The notes under the pieces: generated by a model | Databases searched by the model: none | What the model saw: the letters and a program-made list of their open reading frames with translations, nothing else | Told to the model about the DNA's origin: nothing | Made by a program: the position numbers and the translations under genes | Assembly: GCA_013239625.1 (NCBI GenBank) | Contig: MU054187.1 | Coordinates: 13,238,974-13,302,973 of the forward strand | DNA from: Lama guanicoe | Lineage: Eukaryota | DNA: 64,000 bases | Reading direction: 5' to 3' | In this document: piece after piece, positions 1-12,186 of the stretch | Position numbering within the stretch: position 1 is the first letter of the stretch | How the letters are laid out: each line of letters begins with the position of its first letter

Positions 1-1546
1 ACACGATCACTGATCACTGCGTGCCTTTTTCTGGGTGGCCAGTGGGACAGTGCTAGGATCAGATGCACTGCTGGTTTCTTAATAGTCTCTGTGTACCTGG
101 CGTCTCTCTCAGTATCTGGTAACCCCTGCTTTTCTCCCAAAAGCACATGGCCTGAGGGGACAATTAAATAGCTGCTTCCATTGTGCTCTGAGGAGGAAGA
201 TCCAAGAGAATCAACACGAGATGCTGCTCAAGGCAGAGGAAAGAGAAAAAAACAAGCGAACCCAAGAGGGAAGAGTCAGCACAAGAATGAAAAAGACAAA
301 ACAGTAGAAAAGGGAGCAGCAACGTGGACCTGAATGTAATTGCATTTTTGATCCTGGAAATAACAGCAATGGATGGGCGTGCGAAACTGTGAAATGCACT
401 CAAATCCTTATCTCACTCACAACACTCAGACGTCAACAGGAGGACCAGTCAGGGTACCAAACTAACAGCTTAAAAGCTCTGCGACCTTTGTGCTTATCCC
501 TGTCACTGTTCCTGAGTTTGTTCCCCTTTGGGAACCTAAAGTTTTAGCTGAGTCATGTACAGAGCCCAGGGGCTGCCTGGCCTGAGCCAGGGGCTTTTGA
601 ACCCCACCCATCTATCCACCCCCCTCCTCAGCCACACAAAAGAAACAGACAATTTAAGGAAAAGTAACGTGCTTCCAGGAAAATTTCTCTAGTCCTCCCT
701 TCCAACCCAAAATTGTGGCTCCTAGACTGCTTATTTATAAATATTCTGAGATGACTTGGTGTCTCGTTGCTCTATGCTGGCCACAAAGACTATTCTAGCG
801 GCTCCCAATCTACGGTCTTCAACATGAGGGATGCTATCAGAATACTGCGACACAATATACATCTTACGATTGTCATCATCTTTACAGGCACAAGGAAATG
901 ATACACATTATTCAAAGGTGAAATCTGGAGTAAGCATTCGCCAACAGAAATAAGCACAATTTTCATAAGCACACGCATATTCCAAGTATAAAAAAGTACA
1001 ATTCCTGCTCTTCCCATCTCTCACAGAATTCTCTCTGCCATCTCTAGAAGGTATCTTGTTCTTCTCCCACGGTTCCCCATTTTTATTTCTAGACATCATG
1101 GATAAACGGCTGCATTCGAAGAGCTGTGCCACCAACCAATCCTATGACTAAAGCTGTGCGGTTTGGGGGCGACGCTTGCATTGAAATGAAATACCAGAGG
1201 ATGGAACTTGCCACTGTGATGAGAAGGGGACCAGCGAGGGCAACAAACCTACAACACAACCCGAGGATTTCTAAGCAAAAACTGCGATTTGTTTTAAGGA
1301 AAGGTAATTGTATGTAATTTAAATTATTTTATCTTTGCTTCCCGCATTATTACCTCAAGGACTTTTATTGAGATTGAGATGCTTAATTGCAGGAGACTTT
1401 TCTAATAAAATGATTAATAAATAGCCCAGATGATTCAGGCTATATATACAAAATATATATGTGTATAAGAACTATCAATGAGGGATTAAGTAGGCAAACT
1501 CTTAAAAAGCAGAGGGGGAAAGATAATTAAGTTGGGGCCTCACAGA

Positions 1547-2159
1547 TGTTAAAACTAAATACAAAATGGAGACCAGACTTGAACGTTCCCTGAGCAGGCA
1601 AAACCATGTAAGCCACGTAAGCAAAGCTAAATCTAGCTTATACACGAACAGAATCCACACTTAACTTAGGTTATTTCATAAACATAAGCAAAACTTAACT
1701 TCTATAAATGCCTCTGATAACCGTAAAAGAAACACGTCGTCTTCCTAAAATTGATATGAGCTTATCCTTTTAACCCATCCCCTGCTTTCTGGAAAACCTC
1801 CATTCTAATAACCGATCATTACAAAGGTTAAACTACTTTCTCATTTTCACTTTAGAAGCCACTCTGGGGAAATATACACAAAATGTTATGATAAATCACA
1901 GAGAAAAAAATGTGACAATGAGTGTGTATATGTCCATGAATGACTGAAAAATTGTGCTGAACACTGGAATTTGACACAACATTGTAAAATGATTATAAAT
2001 CAATAAAAAATGTTAAAAAAAAAAAAGAAGCCACTCTGTGACGTCAGACCCCTGAGCTTAACAACAATTTTACACTAGAAAACTCCCGGTTGGAGAACTG
2101 TTCTTATACGCACTATAAACTCTTACTAAATCTGATTTACCGATACGGTGGTTTTAATA
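1547..2159 (+). mobile_element. Solo LTR, ERV1-like, interrupted by an L1 3' end
   Basis: Starts TGTTAAAAC and ends GTTTTAATA (terminal inverted repeat, 1 mismatch); AAAATGGAG near the 5' end as in many ERV1 LTRs; ~440 bp after removing the nested insert. Confidence 0.6.
1867..2025 (+). mobile_element. 5'-truncated young LINE-1 3' end with poly(A)
   Basis: Perfect 13-bp TSD AGAAGCCACTCTG at 1854-1866 and 2026-2038; AATAAA plus A tail; homologous to 57650-57790. Confidence 0.9.
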
Positions 2160-3508
2160 TAGCTATTTCTGGATTTTTGAAAACAGGATACAGATTTCCG
2201 GAGAAATGAGAAAGGGACTAACTGAGCCTTATAAACTGTTTGATGACGCACTCAATTTAAAGACAAGAGACTTGTGACTAAAGAAAGGAAAGGAAAGGAA
2301 GCCAAACATAGATGCTGGCAAAGGAAACTGAATTGTAGCTGCAGGATTCCCAAGAAGAGGAGTACAACTCTGTGATAATATTAATGGCTTTTGACTGTTT
2401 AAGTACCTTCAAATGATTGCTTGGAGCCGACGGTCCATTTGTTTTGAGGCAGCGATGTTTTCCTTTATCTTTAAGAGTGTAATAGAGGCTTTGAAGTAAC
2501 AAGGTCAAATTCAACCACTTTTGCCCAGACGCTGTGCAAAAATGCTGGCTTTGAGTTTCCAGAGAACATGAAGAAGTCATTTCAGCCAAGCTTTTACCAC
2601 CCAGAAGTCCTTTTAAAAGACTTTCAGAAGCATCCCGAATTTGCACATTACCTCCTTGACCTTTTGAGCTTGAGGTCAGGGCTGGAGCACGTGGTTTCAA
2701 TTGTCTGATAAGATACATCGCTTCAGTCTTGCTGGCTGAAGGTTCAACCAGCTGTTTTCTATCTCTTTTTCTCTAATCATTAGGCATTAGGCAAGCCATG
2801 AAAATGTTATCACGGCATTTTATTAAAGTCACTACCAAGTCTCAAGATGAGTGGAAAAATAGAAACAAAGCAAACAAAAGGAGACTTCTCTAGCAAAAGC
2901 CCAGACTCCTAAATAAATTTTAAAAACCCATGACTCTGGGTTTTCTAAGAAAAACTTAACAAAAATTTTGTTAGGAAGTTAGTCTTTTCTGAATAACTGA
3001 CAACCTTCCTTTTAACAGACAGTGGAAATGAGGAAGTCCCTTCTGCTTGTCTTTTGGCCTTTAGTTGCTAGAAAGCTTGCACGTTAAGTGTATTGTTTAA
3101 TGACAGTACCAGAATTCTGTCCTCTGTTTTCTAGACAGTGATCTCTCCTTTCCCTACATGATTTTCAATTCTTTAAATTTTGAATTTACTATTAGCTAGT
3201 CATTTTTATTTAAGGATTATCCTATTAAGTTCATCAGGCTAATCAAGTGTAACTTATAACAACAAAAACACAAACTCAAAAATAAATAAGACAGCATAAG
3301 CTGTATTGTAACTCTGAAACACGAAGTTATTAGTGACACTGAAATATAAATCACACTGGTAGAGCCACTGAAGATATCACTTTTTAATTGGCCATTGGGG
3401 CTGTGTGGAAAGTAACCTGAAGTACTGGGAAAGTGTATTTGCTACCATCTAAAACTCAAATATTTAAGAACATCGTGGAACCTGGTGCTTTCATAAGGCA
3501 GTAGCTAT

Positions 3509-4040
3509 AATATTAGGACTCTTTCAATCGTATGTGGTAGAGAATTCATCTCATATTGACTTAAAGAGAAGATACATTGGCTCAAGCAACTGAAAAATAC
3601 CAGGGTGAGCTTGAAGTATGGCTAGATCCAAGAGCTACACAATGTTATCAGTTCTGCCTCCCTCCCTACCTGCCTTCTGGTCTAGCTTTTCCTCTCTCTC
3701 TCCCTCCTGGTTCACACTCCCGTCCCATGTTGGCACCATATTCCCTGGAAGTCAGCTTCCTTATGGTGGTACGGTGGCTGCCAGCAATGACTACATTATG
3801 GCCTATCTACTCATCAACCCCACAAGAAAAAGAGAGATTCTTTATTTTAACAGGCCAACAAAAACTCTGCTATTGAGTCCAGTGGGTTCCAACTGGTTCA
3901 CAATGTTTTATTTGAACCTCGTCTAGGTCCCACAGTTCCACTCAGACCACAGAAACAGAGACTAGGGGATGGGTATTTTAAGGCAAAATCACGGTGCTAT
4001 TTTCAGAAAGGGTGAGCAAAAATCACAGATGTCCGCTACA
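3509..4040 (-). mobile_element. MaLR solo LTR (MLT1J/K-like)
   Basis: Minus strand starts TGTAGCGGACATCTGTG; overall resemblance to old MLT1 consensus. Confidence 0.6.
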
Positions 4041-4496
4041 ATATTTCACTCAACCAGACCATTTTTTTAAGACCTTGTTTTTCCAGGAAATTTGATTGCT
4101 ACTAAACTGTTAAGATTGATCAGTAAACTAGCCAGGAAAGGAAACCCTGGTCTTGATTATTCACATGAGACTCCCATTAACCCCTGATGAATTTATTAAT
4201 GAAAACTGTACAGGGACGTTAATGAGTGACATAGACCAAATTTTGCTTTCTCCCACCAAATTGTGCCTGTGTGTTAGCTTATACAAATACTTAACTGCAC
4301 ATTGTGCTAACACCTTGCTAAACTATTTCATATTTCATGTGCTGCTTATAAAATCTGCAATGTTTTCATCATTTTTTTTTAGCCATGATATTTTAGGAGA
4401 TTAGATGAGAATTAGTACCACCTCCTTGATGAATCCCCTGAATCTCTTACTCATCTTAATTATTACAAATCAATAAGGTATATTAAAAATAAATAG

Positions 4497-4670
4497 AAAA
4501 ACGATGATCAGCACATACATGTAAACCAAAAAAAAAGCTCAGTATAGTGTATATATGTATTTATTTATATGGAATATAATGTGTATGTGCAATCAAACTG
4601 TAATAATTCTACCTAATAAAACTGAAAAAGGAAAAAATTAAAATTAAAAAAATAAAAAATAAATAAATAA
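4497..4670 (+). mobile_element. Short retroposed 3' end (L1-type tail), second copy at 50.2 kb
   Basis: AATAAA at 4615-4620 then A-rich tail; aligns to the reverse complement of 50208-50340. Confidence 0.7.
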
Positions 4671-5149
4671 TAGACTTTTTCCTAATCACTCCTGTTGAAT
4701 TAAAAAACAAAAAAGAAATTCAAACACATTATTTATGGAGAAAAAGCAGATCGGTTTAGTTATATTGTGTGCTTGAAGTTCTTCAGGGAGACAGAAAACA
4801 AAGTTCCAGAAATGTCTGCACCCCGTTCAACTTTACTTAGCGGTTTTATTTGTGGAGGTTACGATGTCAGTGTCAAATGTACAGCCTATGAACGATTAAA
4901 ACGAGAAAGAAAAAAATTCAGCTCAAGGGTAGAATTAGGCAAGGCTCAACAGGCCAGGTCTCTATAAGCAAAAGAAGCCCTCGGCTGTTTGTTCCTCCAG
5001 TCTGTAAACATTTATTGACTGCCTCTTCTGTGCTGGACGTTGTGCTGTGTCTTAGTCATAAAGAGAACTCCAAGCACAGTCTACGTAATTAACTCAGGAG
5101 CAGCAAACAAGCAACAATAACAAAAAAGGTATTTCACCATCCAGGTGAC

Positions 5150-5540
5150 CTGGGGGTGCAAATACACCTGGGTTTGGATTCTGATCCAGCCTGTCCCGTC
5201 TGGGTAACCTTAGGCAAGCTACTTGACCTTTTCAAGTAGCAGTTTGCTGAGCTGCAAAATGGAGACAAGAATACCTACTTTGTAGGGTCCATGGGAATGT
5301 TAAATGACGTAATGAGAACAGTAATAGCGATTATTTATAGGATTCTTAATACTGAACCCGTCAGTCTTCTGAGCGCCTTACGCACTTAGTCGTCACACAA
5401 CCGTCACATAACCCCGTGAGGGTTACCAACTTTTGCCAGTTGTTACCAACGCCGTCATACACTTGGGGAAACCAAAGCACAGAGAAGTTAAGACCTTACC
5501 TGGACGTGAAGCTGAGCAGCCTGGCTCCGCAGCCCGTGCT
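5150..5540. mobile_element. Two adjacent MIR SINE fragments in opposite orientation
   Basis: + copy with core-like 'ctgcaaaatggagacaagaatacctac'; - copy with 'ggggaaaccaaagcacagagaagttaag'. Confidence 0.65.
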
Positions 5541-7343
5541 GTCTGTGGTAGACCTGAGCTGTGCCTCCAGATCCCCCTTCAAGGGGCAGCTTGCAGCCCA
5601 GCGGCAGTGGGTGCGGGGAGGAGGGCCCTGGGAGCTAGGCCCGGTGACGGGCCCCCTCAGCTGCAGAGGGCATACTCTTCCCGGGGCGGCCTGGACCTGG
5701 TGAGGGAGCAACGTGAGCTTATTTATGAAGGTCGCGCAGAACACTCTGATGGGCGTGTTCAACCCCGTGCTTCCTGCCAGGTCGGCCAGGGCTCCCTCGG
5801 CTCCGCACCACCCTTAGACCTCTTTCTCTGCTCAGGCTTGCTTCCGTTCACAGTTGAAGACCCCTAATCCAATTACACGGCTGTGTGAAGCTGCCCCACC
5901 CCTCACCGATGTTCTGTTCATGTTAAAAATTCTCTTCTTGAGATGGGCCAAGATGGCAGAGTAGGACGCTCAGAGCTCACCTTCTCCCACAAATACACCA
6001 AGACTCACATCCAAGGACCCATCCATCCAATCAGAACACCTGCTGTACTTTGACAGAACACCACTTTCTTCAAAAGACAAAATACACCATCAATCTGGTA
6101 GGAGAAAAGGAAAAAAGGAAGAAAAAAGAAAATAGTGTGGGACCGGTCCCGTGGGGAGGGAGCGGCAAAGGAGGAATAGTGCTCCCTTGCTAGGTCTCCC
6201 CCTCTGCAGCAGAGAGGTCAGCAGGATGGAGGGGGAGCCTCCGAGGCTTGAATCTATATGGAATAGCCCTTTACTGACAGAACTAAGTTAAATGGGCACA
6301 AAGGGTCCCCGTGAACCCCAGCCCTTGGCATGAACTAGCAGGGGTGTGACGGGACAGGCTGCCTGAGCCAGGCGGAGGACTGGGACTGTACAGAGGCAAC
6401 CCCGGGGGACTGCAGGGTGCTGTGCGCCTTGCTGGCAGGGGATACAGAGCAGAACAGCCTCGGTCCCCCATAAAATACACACAGAAAAAAAGCAAAGCAA
6501 CATTGCTGGTGTGCCCTGGGGGGTGGGGTGCCATAGCCTTTGTCTCTGCAGACTTGTGGCACCATAAAGGCGGGGCTCAGCGGCAGCCACCATATTCTCT
6601 TGCGTGCGGCTCCCGGGTGGAGGCCGGGCGGAAACCTGAATCCTCATCTGGGGGCTCTGCAACCTCCCAGGCGGGACTGAGACTTGTTTACAGCCCCAGG
6701 CAGAGGGGAATGTTCTGCCCCGGTGCCTCTGTGAACTCGCACTCTGAGACAAATGAACAGGGAGCGGCGTTCTGGCACAGAGCAGGGGCGTGGGCTGGTA
6801 AGGCCGCTTTCTTCCAGCCCGCCTGCCAAGCACGCACCCCATGCAGTGCGCTGAGCGGCACCGAACGGCCGAGCAACCCGCCCGCCTACCGGTGCACAAG
6901 CCTGGCCCCGGGACACGGAGTCAGGAGATGGCACCACTCGCCCAACTAGACCCTCCCGCCTACCGGCCCTGGGAGCAGCACAGACCCGGGGCGCTACCAC
7001 AGCGCCTCTGGAACCACCGAGCGGAGTTCCCACAGCAGGGCGAGGGCAGGAGCGGCGACAACAACAGAATAAAAAGGAGGCCCCGCTCAATAGCCAGGGC
7101 AGGCTCTGGCCACCAGAACACCGGCCACACCCCCAGCCAAAGGGATAACAGGCAAAAGGCATGGAAGGAAGACTTGGCAATGACCCATACTTAAGAAGGA
7201 CCTCCCCCCAAAATTAAGAGCACACAGTCTCCAGGGGAAAATTTTTTCTTTTTTTCTTTTTCTTTTTTAATTTTTTATGTTTCTAATTTTTAATTTTTTA
7301 TAACTTTAAATTTTTTCTTTTAAAATATTTTTTATTAATTTTG

Positions 7344-8188
7344 AAAGCAGGAGAAATCCCTGAAAGATCAATGAAATAGACCTTGAAAGTCTACTAAATC
7401 ACGATTTCAAAAAAGGTCTGCTCAAAGTACTGAAGGAACTAAGAAAGACTGTGAATAGAGACAAAGAATATGTCAAAAAGGAAGTTGAAACTATAAAGAG
7501 GAGCCAATAAAATTGGAAAACTCATTTGCTGAGATGAGAGCTGAGCTAAAGACTAAAAAGTAGGCTAGATAATGCAGAGAAACGAATAAGTGATTTAGAA
7601 GACAGGACAACAGAAATCACCCAATTAGAACAGCTGAGAGAAAAACCAATGAAAACAATATAAGGGATCTATGGCATAATAAAAAGCATGCCAACCTATG
7701 CATAATAGGGGTCCCAGAAGGAGAAGAAAGAGCAAAGGGGATTAAAAAGGCATTTGAAGAAATCATGACTGAAAAGTTCCCAAACCTAAAGAAGGAATCA
7801 GATATTCAAGTACAGGAAGCACAGAGGGTCCCAAACAAGAAGAACCCAAACAGACCCACACCAAGACGTATTATAATTAGGATGGCCAGGGTGAAGGATA
7901 AAGAAATGATTCTAAAAGCAGCAAGAGAAAAACAAAGAGTTAATCACAAGGTTAACCCCCATAAGGCTCTCAGCTGATTTCTCTACACAAACACTACAGG
8001 CCAGAAGGGAGTGGCAAGATATATTCAAAGTCCTGAATGAGAAAAAGATGCAACCTAGGATACTTTATCCAGCAAGGCTATCCTTTAGAATAGAAGGAGA
8101 GATAAAGAACTTCACAGCCAAGCAAAAACTCAAAGAATTTAGCAACACTAAACCCATGCTAAAAGAAATATTGAAAGGTCTACTCTAA
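7344..8188 (+). pseudogene. L1 ORF1p remnant (stops, frameshifts, start region missing)
   Basis: MTEKFPNLKKESDIQVQEAQRVPNKKNPNRPTPRRIIIRMARVKDKEMILKAAREKQ is typical ORF1p RRM-region sequence; ends KEILKGLL-stop at 8188. Confidence 0.9.
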
Positions 8189-8582
8189 ACAGAAAAGAAG
8201 CAGGATGCTGCAGAAAAGAGAAAACCATAATTGGAAAGGTTATATCTACGATGAACTACAAGAGAATAAACATGAAATTGTAAAAGAGGACATCTAAATC
8301 ATTAAGTGTGGGAGAGGGGAGCAAGAAAATTTTTTTAGTTTTTTTTCTTTTTTTCTTTTTTCGGTAGGATGAGTTTGAGCTTACATTACTATCTGTTTAA
8401 AATAGATATAATAATGGGTTACTATATGTACAAAACAGGGTAACCACAAGCCAAAAGTTTACAATAGAGTCACAAAAACTAAAAAGAAACCAAGATAATA
8501 CAAAGGAAAATTATCAAACCACAAAAAGAAAAAGAAATGAACAAAGAGGAAATACCAAATCAACTACAAATCTAAGTCCAAA

Positions 8583-9131
8583 ATGGCAATAAACACACAT
8601 CTATCAATAATTACTGTAAATATCCATGGACTAAGTGCTCCAATCAAAAGACACAGAGTGGCAGACTGGATAATAAAGCAAGAAACCACAATATGCTGCA
8701 TAGAAGAAACCCACTTTAGGGAGAAGGACACACATAGATTGAGAGTGAGAGGATGGAAAAAGATATTCCACACAAACAGAAATGACAAGAAAACAGGAGT
8801 AGCAATACTGATTTCAGACAAAACAGACTTTAAAACAAAGGCCATAAAAAAGATGAAGACGGACATTTTATAATGATTAAAGGAACAATACAAGATGAGG
8901 CTATTCCATTCATTAACATATATGCATGCAATATAGAAGCATATAGCAAATACTAACAGATATAAAGGGAGAAATTGATGGGAATACAATCATAGTAGGA
9001 GATTTTAACGCCCCATTAACATCACTAGACAGATCCTCCAAACAGAAAATTAATAAGGCAACAGAGAAATTAAATGATACAATATACCAATTAGTCTTGG
9101 TTGATATTTTCAGAACATTACATCCCCCAAA
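8583..9131 (+). pseudogene. L1 ORF2p APE-type endonuclease remnant
   Basis: MAINTHLSIITVNIHGLSAPIKRHRVADWI...CCIEETH...GVAILISDK; IVGDFNAPL downstream in another frame; frameshift near 8860. Confidence 0.95.
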
Positions 9132-9142
9132 TAATTAAAAAT

Positions 9143-9920
9143 AATGATCTAAACAGACAGTTCACCAAATAAGACTATGAATGCCAATAAGCACACGAAA
9201 TCATTATTAATGAGGGGAATTCAAATCAAAACCATACAAGGCAACACTACCCACTCCCTAGACTGGCTGAAATTTAAAAAGACTGACAGTACCCAGTATT
9301 GGCAAGAAAAAGGAGCAATCAGAATTCTCAAACCTTGCTAGTGGAAGTTAAAAACATTATATAACTGCTTTGGAAAACAGTTTGGCAGTTCCTAATAAAG
9401 ATAGCCATGTCACTATTGTATGACTCAGCAACTCCACTCACAGGTCCAAGAGAAGTGAAAACAGGCATCCACAAAAGGCCTTATCCATGAATGTCTATAG
9501 CTTCATTTATAAAACTTAAAGGTTGGAAACAGCCCACGTATCCATCAATAGTTGAATCATACATAAATTATGGTATATTAAACACTGCAATATGAATCTG
9601 CAATAAAAAGAACCAACCACAGATATACATACAAACACAGATGAATTTCAAAAACATTATACTAAACAAAAGAAACCCCAACGAGTACATTCTGTGTGAC
9701 TCCATTTATATAGAAATGGGAATAATTGTCTATGGGCTAGGGTGTTGACTGGAAAGTGGCAACAGGGAACTTTATAGGATAATTGAAATGTCCTATATCT
9801 TGACTTGGATGAGGATTACAAGGGTGTATAATCTATCAAAGTTTATTAAAATATAAACTTAAGATCTGTGCATTTCTGTAATGCAGATTTTTAATGCATA
9901 TATTTGCCATTAAAAGGTTA
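9143..9920 (+). mobile_element. Old L1M 3' end (ORF2 C-terminus plus 3' UTR)
   Basis: Diverged L1 motifs 'tttggaaaacagtttggcagtt', 'tatgactcagcaactccact', 'tccatttata'. Confidence 0.8.
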
Positions 9921-11789
9921 AAAGGTTTACTCATCCATAGAAATATTTTTTGTTATTCTAACATCTTTTGCCTCTCATCATCTCTTACAAATCTCCACCA
10001 CAGAGCAGAAATGTTAGAATATATGGCAAATGGAGCACATTAAGTATTTTTAAAATTTGGGTTTATGAGCAATTGTGTGCAGCAGGTTACTTACTAATAT
10101 TGTCAATGTTAACAGCTCTATGGCACCATTTTGGACAATCAGATTTCCTTGATATTAAAGATAAAGTTGGCATTTTTGTCAAGAAGGTATTTTAAACCTG
10201 TTAGGGGAGTTTTTATAGTGTAAAGGTAAGATCTGAGGTATATAAATTATATCTCTTTAAAATTAAAAAAATAATTTGCAAGTAAACAAATAAGAGAGAT
10301 CCACTACCTGCCTGTAACCAACTGGGTTCCCAGGTCTGTTCTAGCTTAACATAGGAGATAGAATACTAGCCCATGGATTATGGGACTCTTCAAAGCTATA
10401 GGTAGTTTTTGGAGCAAATAACTCCCATTCCCCGTTGGGCCAGTTGACCTCTGATGGGACTACGCTACTAGCAAAAGTAGATAATCATGAGGAGATGTGG
10501 TGAGTTAGGGACAAAGTCTCAGCCAGGCCAACGTGGGTGGCGGTCAGCTCAACCAGAATAAAGCTACTGAAACTCCATAGTGGCCTCCAGGAACTAAACA
10601 AGTTCTTTCACCTCTTTTAGGGAAAATGCTCTCAGGCTACAATGGCAGAAAAATGGAGAATGAGCACCAGTAATATATGGGGAACTCCTTGAGTAAAGGA
10701 GACACAGTCTGAATTAACTCCTCAGTAGTGGGTAGAGAGCAAGAAAGGATCTAAAGTGAAAGATTAGTGGCAGGGAGTTGGAAAAAAATGGAGATAAGAG
10801 GTTTGGGAACGACAGGAAACCACGGAGGGGTGCTTTAAAAGCCCCTCTGCAGATGAGCTTTCGAGGGAGGGAGGCGCTGTTGGGATGCTTTGGGTTGCCT
10901 TGGACAGCGGTAGGAAGTTGTTCTGACACAATGTCCTTTTTTTACCCTATGACTGCATCATGTAGATGCAGCCACCGACTGTGTTTTGTGCCCACTTCAA
11001 AGTAATATTTTAAAGGGAAAGAATTATAAACACTAGAAATCTGGAATCTCCCTTTGAAAAATAAGCTAAAAGTAATTTAAATTAAAATGTACTGATTAAA
11101 ATAGCCCTGTTTCAGATTTTGAGGCATGCTGTTTCTTTCTGATTATTATCTCCCAGTGACTTAAAAAACCACCCCCAGATCAAGAGAATCAGGCAGAAAT
11201 TTTGTGATAAACTCAGGAACTACTCATAAATGGCCAAGTACAGCTTCACGGAGCGCCTCCTGAAGACATTTAATAAGTCTGTCATAATTAGCACATGATC
11301 CTCAAGAAAAGAGAATAAGAAACAGCTGCTTTGTAGCAAATCCTAACTACAGTAGGGATTCATTCTAAATTCACGTCAAATTTAGTCAGTTTTCATTTGG
11401 GACAACAGGGGAAATCTTTGCCAGGCTAAGGGCAGTTATGCATTTGTCAAAACAGATGAAACCTAAAATGTTAATTTTGTTTTTCTCTCAGACAAATATT
11501 TCCGTGGAACATGGAACCTTTTAATGTTGGAATAATCAGTGAAGAAAGCCATCTAACAGCCCTTATTGTGCCCTGCCTGTTCTGCTCTGCTTCACTGTTT
11601 TAAGTCTGGTCTTAACTCACTTTGAAAATTCTTCGGTGGTGATGGTGAGTCTTTCTCCTGCCTTCTCTCCTTTATTTGTCTCTGTAATATATTCATTCTT
11701 CATAATCAAACATAATGATAACCAGTGGGTTTTCTACACATGGGTATGGAGATTTCTGAGGACAAATTGGAATTAAGATTCCAACTTTG

Positions 11790-11990
11790 GGGTTCTAAGA
11801 ACTGGAGTTTGAATCCCAGATCCATCCATTACAAAACATGTGCCTTTTCAAATTTAAAAATGTTTTTGGATGTCAGTTATCTCAGCTGTAAAATGGGAAT
11901 AATAATAGCGATTTCTTCACATGGTTGCACTGAGATGATTCATGTGAAGGAACGATATTAGCTCAGGACAAATGTGAAATACATGGTAGC
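11790..11990 (+). mobile_element. MIR SINE
   Basis: 'gagtttgaatcccagatcc' and core 'ctcagctgtaaaatgggaataataatag'. Confidence 0.75.
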
Positions 11991-12027
11991 TACGATGGGG
12001 GTGGTAACAATGCTGAGCACTCTAGAG

Positions 12028-12186
12028 GTGCTTTTACACTTTAATTGCACATGAACCATCTGGGGGAGGGGTAGTTAGAATGGATTCTGATTCAGTCGGG
12101 CTGGTGATGGGTCTGAGAGGCTCTCTGCCCAGGACCTGCCCAGATGCCCATGCTGCTGGTCCATGAACCACACTTTGAATAGCAAA
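12028..12186. mobile_element. MER5A-like hAT-Charlie MITE
   Basis: 'gattctgattcagt...tgctgctggtccatgaaccacactttgaatagcaa' matches the recalled MER5A consensus. Confidence 0.75.

Larger units (their letters stand above)
5940..9131 (+). mobile_element. Young LINE-1 with intact 5' UTR, truncated in the ORF2 endonuclease region
   Basis: CCAAGATGGC (YY1-type) start; GC/CpG-rich 5' UTR to ~7200; T-rich tract; ORF1 remnant; inter-ORF spacer; ORF2 N-terminus. Confidence 0.95.

Noticed and set aside
790..1135. Overlapping minus-strand ORFs and a possible 57-nt exon
   Set aside because: Weak splice context and an unrecognised peptide; insufficient support
2278..2718. 146-aa minus-strand ORF
   Set aside because: No recognisable domain or family, no convincing splice context; compatible with a chance ORF
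5218..5240. 9-bp hairpin GCTACTTGA/TCAAGTAGC
   Set aside because: Lies inside a MIR and is too short for a pre-miRNA; likely chance or a template switch
5416..7194. Cluster of long overlapping ORFs (up to 203 aa) on both strands
   Set aside because: Expected from stop-codon scarcity in GC-rich DNA and the L1 5' UTR; no protein resemblance
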